Source: a virus. Taken from it: 64,000 nucleotides of DNA. Positions 56,699-64,000 of this stretch are shown here, one piece after another. The stretch is from positions 21,592-85,591 of the IMG/VR virus record IMGVR_UViG_3300008448_000033. One strand, given 5' to 3'. The notes under the pieces were generated by a model. It did not search any database and was not told the DNA's origin. It worked only from the letters and a program-made list of their open reading frames with translations. How positions within the stretch are numbered: the stretch's first letter is position 1; every line of letters starts with the position of its first letter. The position numbers were made by a program, and so were the translations under genes.

Positions 56699-58591
56699 TT
56701 AGCCTTCTAGATCGCGGACAACAACTAGACCGTACATATCTGGTCTAACCATCGCTTTGCCGTAACGAGTCATAACAGCTTTGCGTGGTACGAAGGTTGA
56801 AGGATCGAAGATGGTTGGTGTGGTTTGTAGTGGGACATAAGGAGCGTAAACATAACCGCTCTCTAGGAATGAGCCACCTTTACGACCAACTAGGATTACG
56901 TTGCGTAGGAAGTATGGATCTACGATAACATCCCACTTCTTTGATAGTTCACCGACCTTAACTGCGCCAACTGAACCTTTTTCAGCTTCGTGAGTTACTG
57001 AAGCGCGGAAGCCAGCGGTGAATTCAAGGATGTTTGCAACTTCTGGTGAGACAACGAGGAAGTTTGCACCGCCGCGTAATGTCTTACGATAGATAGCTGC
57101 TGATACATCGTTGATTGTTTCAACTAGGGTTTCATACCACATTGAAACGTTACCGGTGAAATCAGGAGGAGCAGCATAATCTGTTGATGCTGCGCTTGAA
57201 CCTAGAACGTCAGTACCAGTCTTACGGTTCAAGAATTTACCGGGACGGCGTGACCAGTATAGAGTACCTGCGGTTGAACCCTTGACTAGATCGTTTAGAA
57301 TTTCTTGGTCAATTTCAAGACCAATTTGTTCTGATAGAATGCTGGTCAATTCAACTTCGGCGTCGAGGTTGTGATAAGCATTCAAATCTTGACCTAATTC
57401 TGGGGTCCAGCTTGCCTTGAGCTTGCGTGATTGAGCAGTGATTGAGAAGCTGTCAACCTTTAATTCTAGTTCTGGTAGATTTGCAGAACCTTCAAGAACC
57501 ATACCTTGATTGCTGTTATCACCTTTCAAGATACCAAGTTGATCTTGTGCTGTACCAACGGTGCTGATACGATCTTTAACTGGGAATTGTAGAACGATAT
57601 TGCCAGCTGGACTTGAAGCGCGTGCTGAACCACCAACTAGTGTGCTACCTTCTGTTTTTGCAGCAGAAGCTAAACCAGAAGTTGTACCAACTAGAACAAA
57701 TTCTAGATATTTTGTACCAGCGGTATCATTAGTGACACCCGATCTACCCTTACCTTCAACGATACGGCTCAAACGACGAACAACGTTGACAGCACCAGAG
57801 CTACCTGATAGTGTAAGAGCAGCATTTGAAGAGACGGAACCAGTAACGATTGAGAGCGAAACTAAATCATTGACTGCAACTAACTCAAATGAAGCATCCG
57901 CCGCAGCTAATGTCGCAACTGGAGCGCGAACAACAAGTGCTGTTTTTGTTGTTTCACTTAGCAAGTCTGGGTCAAAACGAATGTATGAACCACCCGATTC
58001 AAGCGAAGATGATGAGCCTAGATCGACAACTTTAGTGATTGCAAAAGAAGTACCGTCACCGAATGATGCTGACGCACGGGCACGACCATAACCGCTCATT
58101 AATGAGTAGAAACCAGCTTCTACTAATTCTTTGCCAGCTGAATCACGGCCATCTAAACGAACACCGCCTGTTAATTGGACACCAAGGCGATCACCGAAAA
58201 CAGATGAATTTTGTGCCATAACTTCATCGTTAGCAAAACCTAGTCTTTCACCTCTTCTGAAGTCGAGGAAGAATACTAGACCTGATGGTAAGCTCATTGG
58301 TTGGACTGAAACTAGATCGTTAGCAATCAAACCAGCGAATACACGGCGAACGATGGGGAATGCTACAGCGGCGAAACCTTGTACGTCACCACCACCCATT
58401 GAGTTAGCTTCTTTCAATAGTTCTTGTGCTTGGTTCTCAAGCAAACGTGCCATAGTGCTTTTCTTGTGTTCTGTGTTCAAGCCTTCTAATAGACCTGATT
58501 TTTCCCATTTGCCAACGAGGGCTTGGGTTTCCTTTAGTACGTTGCGTTCAACAACGCCTTCAGTTAGTGTTTCTAAAATATTTTTTGACAT
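56699..58591 (-). CDS. major capsid protein (T4 gp23-like) with a large insertion
   Basis: LLENQ, VRRVF..VSVQPMSLPSGLVF, SRKLKASWTPELGQDL, YAPYVPL, MTRYG; start revised to MSKNIL behind GGAG. Confidence 0.96.
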   Translation of the reverse strand: MSKNILETLTEGVVERNVLKETQALVGKWEKSGLLEGLNTEHKKSTMARLLENQAQELLKEANSMGGGDVQGFAAVAFPIVRRVFAGLIANDLVSVQPMSLPSGLVFFLDFRRGERLGFANDEVMAQNSSVFGDRLGVQLTGGVRLDGRDSAGKELVEAGFYSLMSGYGRARASASFGDGTSFAITKVVDLGSSSSLESGGSYIRFDPDLLSETTKTALVVRAPVATLAAADASFELVAVNDLVSLSIVTGSVSSNAALTLSGSSGAVNVVRRLSRIVEGKGRSGVTNDTAGTKYLEFVLVGTTSGLASAAKTEGSTLVGGSARASSPAGNIVLQFPVKDRISTVGTAQDQLGILKGDNSNQGMVLEGSANLPELELKVDSFSITAQSRKLKASWTPELGQDLNAYHNLDAEVELTSILSEQIGLEIDQEILNDLVKGSTAGTLYWSRRPGKFLNRKTGTDVLGSSAASTDYAAPPDFTGNVSMWYETLVETINDVSAAIYRKTLRGGANFLVVSPEVANILEFTAGFRASVTHEAEKGSVGAVKVGELSKKWDVIVDPYFLRNVILVGRKGGSFLESGYVYAPYVPLQTTPTIFDPSTFVPRKAVMTRYGKAMVRPDMYGLVVVRDLEG

Positions 58592-58624
58592 TTTATTCTC
58601 CATAAACCTTTATAGGTTGTAATT

Positions 58625-60064
58625 TTATTTTTTGTTAATACCTGCTAAAATCTTCATACGTTCTGATTGCGGACTTGCTTCTTGACTTGTTCTTGAACGA
58701 ACCAAGAACGGACTTGCACCTGATCGTGAAACTGCTTCGTTTAGTGATTTCGGTGCTTTAACTTCGATCTTAGCACCTTCCACCGCACTTTGAAGTGTTT
58801 CAAAAGCGATTTTGGCTGTTTCAACCGTTTCTGTTTTAGCAATAGATTCGACAATCATCTTTTTTTGTCGCTCATTCAAGGAGATATTTTCTAAAACACG
58901 GTTTGTATATAGTAATTTAGCATTTGAAAGATTCATTCTTTCAATATGTTCCTTAAGGGAACCAAGCATGTTTTTCAAATCTAAATTTTCTTTCTTTAAT
59001 TCTTCGTTTCTTTTTTTTGTTTTTGCAATTTGCTTATCGCTTTCTTCAACTGCGTCTTGCAAATGTTTTAATTCTTCTTTATATTTATCATCTTTACGGT
59101 GAGCTAATTCATTTGCTACCGCTTCTCTTGTTTCTTTTGTTGTGACACCACGATGACCAGTTGGAACATTTTTTGTATCCACTTCTACTGTTGTTTCTTC
59201 TTCTAATTCACCATATTGTGGTTCCATACTTACTTCGTCTTGTTCTTCTTCACCAAAATTGACCATCATATCTTCGTCTTGTTCTTCGCCTTCTTCGTCC
59301 ATAGATACCAATAAGTCTTCGCTTACATCTGCGTCCGGTTCTGGATCAACAGCGCCATCATTCATTAAAGCTGCTAAATTTTCATCATATTCTTCTTGCC
59401 CTTCTTCATATCCAGCAGGTTCAATAAATTCTGGACCTTCGCCAAAACCGGCACCAGCTTCATCTAGATCTTTTTCATAAAATTCAAACATTTCATCTTC
59501 ATCTAGAGCTTCTGGCGAATAATAGCCTTCACCTTCTTCTAAATCTTGATCGCCTTCATCTGCGTTTTCGTCTTCGTCAACATCATAAGACATTGATTCT
59601 GCTAATGCTGGTGCTGCGGGTGTTGGGATACCAGTTGGTGCTGCCCCCATAGCTGGCATGCTTGTCATTGGAAGCATACCACCACCAGTTTGCATAGCTG
59701 GCTCTTCTTCTTGTTCAATTTCTGGTGTTTGTTTCTTAAGTTCTGAAAAATCTATTTCGATCATTTGCTTATCGTCATCTGTCATATAGGAATCAGGTGT
59801 TTTTTCAACTAAATCCTTTTCTATACGAGATTTTTCTTTTTTTGACGATAAATCTGATGGAGTATTTTCTAAAGCACTAGCTGCATCCATTGGATCTTCT
59901 TTTGGCTCAACAGGTTCGGCTTGTTCTTCTTGTTCTAATAATTTATCTACTGCTTCTTTGATTTGATGAGAGTATTTTTCGACCAAATCCTTTTCAGCAC
60001 TTTTGATAGCCGCTTGTCTAAGGGCGGTTGCGTCAACGATGGCTTGTTCCAATAGTGATGACAT
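58625..60064 (-). CDS. prohead scaffold/core protein
   Basis: Acidic and coiled-coil; NLSNAKLLY; ERMKILAGI; directly upstream of the capsid gene. Confidence 0.8.
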   Translation of the reverse strand: MSSLLEQAIVDATALRQAAIKSAEKDLVEKYSHQIKEAVDKLLEQEEQAEPVEPKEDPMDAASALENTPSDLSSKKEKSRIEKDLVEKTPDSYMTDDDKQMIEIDFSELKKQTPEIEQEEEPAMQTGGGMLPMTSMPAMGAAPTGIPTPAAPALAESMSYDVDEDENADEGDQDLEEGEGYYSPEALDEDEMFEFYEKDLDEAGAGFGEGPEFIEPAGYEEGQEEYDENLAALMNDGAVDPEPDADVSEDLLVSMDEEGEEQDEDMMVNFGEEEQDEVSMEPQYGELEEETTVEVDTKNVPTGHRGVTTKETREAVANELAHRKDDKYKEELKHLQDAVEESDKQIAKTKKRNEELKKENLDLKNMLGSLKEHIERMNLSNAKLLYTNRVLENISLNERQKKMIVESIAKTETVETAKIAFETLQSAVEGAKIEVKAPKSLNEAVSRSGASPFLVRSRTSQEASPQSERMKILAGINKK

Positions 60065-60095
60065 TAATTTCTCCAAAACGCATTAATATTTTAAT

Positions 60096-60103
60096 TAAAT
60101 AGT
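60096..60103 (-). promoter_or_regulatory. ACTATTTA putative late-promoter motif
   Basis: Upstream of scaffold and capsid genes. Confidence 0.6.
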
Positions 60104-60123
60104 GTACAATAATTCTAAATGAC

Positions 60124-60426
60124 TTAATCTGTTATATTTTTTGGTCGTGCTGTATTCTTTCTTTTCTTTTTTGGTGCCTCAATTGCTTCTTTATTCATTT
60201 CTTCATTGTATTTTTTAGAATTTCTAAGGCGATTGATTCTTTTTTGTCTTTCTTTAATTGATTTTTTTGTAAATCTTCTTGACATTGCAGAATTTTCATA
60301 TAAATAATATACTAAAGAGTCCTTACTACATTCTTTTAAGAATCTTTTAATCAAATTTTCTGTTGATTCTGCTGAAGGTCTAACTCCCGGTGGTAAACTA
60401 ACTGATAATAGTGCTGCTCTCGACAT
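60124..60426 (-). CDS. rpsU: divergent ribosomal protein bS21
   Basis: ESTENLIKRFLKECSK..FTKKSIKERQKR resembles bS21 E.alrRFKr..YeKPs..r. Confidence 0.6.
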   Translation of the reverse strand: MSRAALLSVSLPPGVRPSAESTENLIKRFLKECSKDSLVYYLYENSAMSRRFTKKSIKERQKRINRLRNSKKYNEEMNKEAIEAPKKKRKNTARPKNITD

Positions 60427-60434
60427 TTTATGCT

Positions 60435-60827
60435 CTACTTTCTGCCATTCATGGCATTTAAAATTTTATTCCATTGACCAGCGCTTTCGCTGATCATATC
60501 TTTTACTTTAACTTCTCTTTGAGTCTCCGGTACTTTAACTTCATTAATTGGTGTTGTTCCGTCAAATGGGTTAAAGCCTGTTCCTCCCATATCAAAACCA
60601 AGTTTTTTGTTTTTTTCTACAACTTCTTTTTTAAATACTTTATTATAATCTACTTTTTGTTTTAATTTTGGTTTCTGCTCAGATTCTTGTCTTTTTTGAA
60701 CAATTTTTTCTTCTTTGACAAGTTCTTGAGAGTCTGTTAAAGTTTTTAAACCTTCTTCTAAAAGAACTTCACGAATACATTCTTTAATTAGCGGTTTAAT
60801 TATTTTTTTTAATTCTTGTTTATCCAT
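60435..60827 (-). CDS. conserved phage head-region protein
   Basis: ELKKIIKPLIKECIREVLLEEG; FNPFDGTTP. Confidence 0.55.
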   Translation of the reverse strand: MDKQELKKIIKPLIKECIREVLLEEGLKTLTDSQELVKEEKIVQKRQESEQKPKLKQKVDYNKVFKKEVVEKNKKLGFDMGGTGFNPFDGTTPINEVKVPETQREVKVKDMISESAGQWNKILNAMNGRK

Positions 60828-60857
60828 ATTAACCTCGTAAAATATTATTATACTACT

Positions 60858-63830
60858 TTATATAAACCACCACCAAAGATCTGTTGCGTTTATAAACATA
60901 GCAATAGCTGTAAAAAAAGTATACCATGTTATACCAGAGCTACTGCTTACTGCATGAAATGCTTCATATCCATTGCCTGCAATAGTGTGCGTGGCTAAAG
61001 AATTATTTATTTTTTGACCAGCTGCTGCATGAATAGTGGCATTAGTATTTTTTAAATTTTTCATATATATCATAATACCATCAATATTTGTTATGCTCGG
61101 TAAACCATAATCAGCGTTATTGCCATTATCTAAGTATACCATAGAAGAAACGGCAGAAGCAGATTGACCACTTGCGGTTAAGAATAAATATGAATGTGCG
61201 ATATTTGAGGCTAAGATATTTGTTAATTGTGAACCATTACCAATAAATGAACCAGTTCCAACTAGTTTAACACCACCAGCAGAAATATCTAGGTTGCCGC
61301 TATTATTGCTAATTGTTGTTGCGGCGACACCAGCAGTTGGTGAAGCAATAGAAATAGATCCGCTGCCTACAAATATTTCTTTAAATGGTTTATCGCTTGA
61401 GCCAAGTGAATAAGAAGAGGAAGAATTTGGAACTATACTTCCGCCAACTTGGATACCGTTAGAAGCAGTTAACTGTCCTGTTACCGTTGTTGTATCTGTT
61501 GATTGATCGCCTAATTGAACATTTCCGCTGACAATTAATGTACCTTGTGAAGTTAATGATGTTAAGGTGAGATTTGGGTTTACAGTAATCTCTAATTCGT
61601 TTGTTTGTTGAACTACATTTATGGTTGATGTGCTTTTTAAACTACGTAAATAACCAGTTCCATTATTAACATCTCTTACAAGAGACTCGCCAGACCCAGT
61701 AGATTCTAACGAAGTTATAGGAGATCCGCCACCGCCGCCTTGAACAGCTGAAATAATTTCTTGTAAAGAAATAAAACCATCAGGTGAAAAAAAATCTATT
61801 CCATCGTTCCATATACTTATACCTGAAGAGCTGTTAAATAAATCAATTATGTCGTTATCTCTATTATATGTGCTGCTTGAGAGATGCCCAATAATTATTT
61901 CAGCGTTTGATACGCCAAAAGAGTCTTTAAACAAAGAACCAGATTCATAACTTCCATTACCGTATCCATTAGAAGAAAGATCGTATTCTGCTTCACCAAC
62001 AACAAGATTGCCATTGACTTTATAACCATTATTAGATGTAATAGAATCTAAAACTGTTACATCTTCTGCAAAGAATGGAATTTTTGTCTCGGTTTTAATA
62101 TTGTAATATATTTCTCTATTGTCAAGTAAAGATCCTTGTTGATTAACAATAGGTAAATCAGTATATTTATAACCTGTTACATCGTCTAATTGAATATCAT
62201 ATGGAACATAGTTTGAAGAGGTTATAGAAGCGGTTATTGGCAAAACGTGCGTATAGGCAACCGTTGAATTATAAACATAAAAAGGAGGATATGCTCCGCT
62301 AATATATACATTACTTAAATCTAACTGGCTTTGAACTTTTAGATATGAATTTTGATTTATTATGAAAAACTTATCAGCTTCTAAACTACCAGAAAAATAG
62401 TGACTGCCGGTTGGAGGACCGTCACCGCGATAATAAAAATCTATATTGCTTTCGTACGCATCAATAATTCTACTAAAAGGACCAACAAAATATGAATCAG
62501 GATAATAAGTTATCGAGCTATCGTACGAAATTATATAGCCACTTTTACAAACAAAATTTGGGGAGAAACTAAGGCCAACATTGCTAACTACTAAATAATC
62601 TCCAATAGAACTATAATAAAACTTTTTTGGTCCAATACAAGCATTTATGTTGCTTAATGTACCGTTTACGTCTTTAAAAGTAGAATACTCAAAACTTAAA
62701 TTTTTATAACCAATTAAAGATAAACGAGCGTTATTAAAAAAACATCCTAGAAAATTTAACTTATCCGCCTGAGCAAAATTTGTTATATTTAGCGTACCGC
62801 TTGCTCCATAGATATAACCATTCACAAATTGCATATACGGAGGTGTTATAAAGTTTACCGTTCCGCTATTAACGATTTGGCAGTTATAAGCAAAAATCTC
62901 ATCTCTTGATACTGAAACATATTTTTGGTTTGATAAATATTCAAGATTGTTTGGAGGGCCAGAAAAACCACCAAAACCAAGACAACTTTCTCCATTATCA
63001 AATGCTAATATACGAATCGTATCGTATGCTATCGCACCATTGATACCGGCAGTGCGAAAGAAGCCTTTTACTTCTGTTGCTGGTTTGACAATATCAACTG
63101 TTTGGTTTATATCGTTATTTCCAAATCCAACCGAGCTTATATAAAAATTACTACCAGAGTGTGAAGTGATTACTGCTGTTCTATAGCCATCATTGGATAT
63201 AAGAAAGCAGCCAGTTAATGAATTTTCTGTTGGTTGTGAACCTGTAAATGTTAATTTAATTCCGCACTGAACACCATTATTAATTCCAACATCTGGATCG
63301 ATAGTCAATGCCCCGGTAGTTGGTACATTAGAATATAATGTTTCTCTTTCGCCAATAAATTTAACTAAAAGATTACTATCACTTTTGCCTATACCTTTGT
63401 TAACAAGATTAACAGTTTCTTCGTACGAACCGCTTGCTATGTTTATTGTTACATGAAAGACTTCTCTATCATTTGTTGTTGCGTTTAACGTAGCTAATTT
63501 GTCAACCGCTGCTTGAATTGTTAACAAGGCAGAACCACTTGTTAAACCAGTATTATTATTTGAACCATTTTTTGAAACATAAACATTTGTTGTGCTGTTG
63601 TTAACAAAAGCAGCACCAGACAAATTTAATGTTCCTGCATTTATTGTAACAGTATCTATTGAACTGCTGCCTAAAATAACGTTATTATGAAAATAAGCAT
63701 TAGCATGAACATCTAGTGTATCTACATTACCATCATTATTTTCTAATGGTGTACCAATAGTAAAGGTATCTTTGGCTGTTGAAGCCATATTAAGACCACC
63801 AGAAACCGTTAATGTAGTTAATACTTTCAT
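60858..63830 (-). CDS. tail fibre/spike protein with beta-helix-like region
   Basis: VYVSKNGSNNNTG..TIQAAV..INIASGSYEE; Ser/Thr/Gly-rich; start revised to ATG 63830. Confidence 0.7.
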   Translation of the reverse strand: MKVLTTLTVSGGLNMASTAKDTFTIGTPLENNDGNVDTLDVHANAYFHNNVILGSSSIDTVTINAGTLNLSGAAFVNNSTTNVYVSKNGSNNNTGLTSGSALLTIQAAVDKLATLNATTNDREVFHVTINIASGSYEETVNLVNKGIGKSDSNLLVKFIGERETLYSNVPTTGALTIDPDVGINNGVQCGIKLTFTGSQPTENSLTGCFLISNDGYRTAVITSHSGSNFYISSVGFGNNDINQTVDIVKPATEVKGFFRTAGINGAIAYDTIRILAFDNGESCLGFGGFSGPPNNLEYLSNQKYVSVSRDEIFAYNCQIVNSGTVNFITPPYMQFVNGYIYGASGTLNITNFAQADKLNFLGCFFNNARLSLIGYKNLSFEYSTFKDVNGTLSNINACIGPKKFYYSSIGDYLVVSNVGLSFSPNFVCKSGYIISYDSSITYYPDSYFVGPFSRIIDAYESNIDFYYRGDGPPTGSHYFSGSLEADKFFIINQNSYLKVQSQLDLSNVYISGAYPPFYVYNSTVAYTHVLPITASITSSNYVPYDIQLDDVTGYKYTDLPIVNQQGSLLDNREIYYNIKTETKIPFFAEDVTVLDSITSNNGYKVNGNLVVGEAEYDLSSNGYGNGSYESGSLFKDSFGVSNAEIIIGHLSSSTYNRDNDIIDLFNSSSGISIWNDGIDFFSPDGFISLQEIISAVQGGGGGSPITSLESTGSGESLVRDVNNGTGYLRSLKSTSTINVVQQTNELEITVNPNLTLTSLTSQGTLIVSGNVQLGDQSTDTTTVTGQLTASNGIQVGGSIVPNSSSSYSLGSSDKPFKEIFVGSGSISIASPTAGVAATTISNNSGNLDISAGGVKLVGTGSFIGNGSQLTNILASNIAHSYLFLTASGQSASAVSSMVYLDNGNNADYGLPSITNIDGIMIYMKNLKNTNATIHAAAGQKINNSLATHTIAGNGYEAFHAVSSSSGITWYTFFTAIAMFINATDLWWWFI

Positions 63831-63831
63831 T

Positions 63832-63999
63832 TTAGCCGATACCTGCACTACCGCTGTAGGCTACAGTTAAATCTGCATGTTGAATGCCAGTTAATTCCGC
63901 TACAACATATACTCCAGTTGTATTGTTGCCAGAGTCTGCACCTAATAAATATATTTTATCTGTTTTCACACGCATTTCTACGCTATAAATATTTTTTCC
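63832..63999 (-). CDS. 3' end of a probable virion protein (5' end outside the window)
   Basis: Hand translation ..KTDKIYL..VVAELTGIQHADLTVAYSGSAGIG-stop. Confidence 0.55.
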   Translation of the reverse strand, partial: GKNIYSVEMRVKTDKIYLLGADSGNNTTGVYVVAELTGIQHADLTVAYSGSAGIG

Positions 64000-64000
64000 A

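Noticed and set aside
360-63144. Plus-strand ORFs in the track (e.g. 3943-4257, 25488-25946, 50987-51385, 57561-58091, 58131-58622)
   Set aside because: All are antisense shadows of well-supported minus-strand genes, with no SD or recognisable motifs.
1-64000. Stop-codon reassignment, as seen in some large phages
   Set aside because: Long genes are intact in code 11, and TAA, TAG and TGA all terminate genes.
1-64000. tRNA genes, CRISPR arrays, large ncRNAs
   Set aside because: Intergenic gaps are short and explained by promoters, terminators or small ORFs; no cloverleaf or repeat-spacer pattern was seen.

Overview
A 64-kb, AT-rich, densely coding segment of a large (jumbo-type) T4-superfamily myophage. 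Essentially every real gene is on the minus strand and the standard genetic code is used. In transcription order (right to left) it holds: fibre genes, a divergent ribosomal protein bS21, scaffold, gp23-like major capsid, neck and tail-completion proteins, three paralogous fibre-like proteins, sheath, tube, tail chaperone, tape measure and baseplate. Next comes a replication, repair and nucleotide block: minimal family-A polymerase, divergent tubulin, gp32-like SSB, RecA, UvsE, HNH, deaminase, 5'-3' exonuclease, DnaB, thioredoxin, class II RNR, GroES, ThyX, DnaE, dUTPase and IMPDH/GMPR. Then a proteostasis set (ClpP, GroEL, Hsp20) and a cluster of probable head-packaged proteins. Most notable observations: (1) a deaminase gene interrupted at a near-copy of the prfB (RF2) +1 frameshift cassette, with UCA in place of UGA; (2) many proteins sharing a capsid-targeting-like leader and internal (I/L)xE sites, suggesting protease-processed cargo polyproteins with nuclease, protease, GNAT and HAD/kinase domains; (3) sigma70-type promoters repeatedly built into terminator hairpins, alongside a separate ACTAWTTA late-type motif; (4) an [ST]-[GAS]-S motif concentrated in virion proteins; (5) a U7 slippery site joining the tail-chaperone ORFs. 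All family assignments come from motif recognition by eye; no searches were run.
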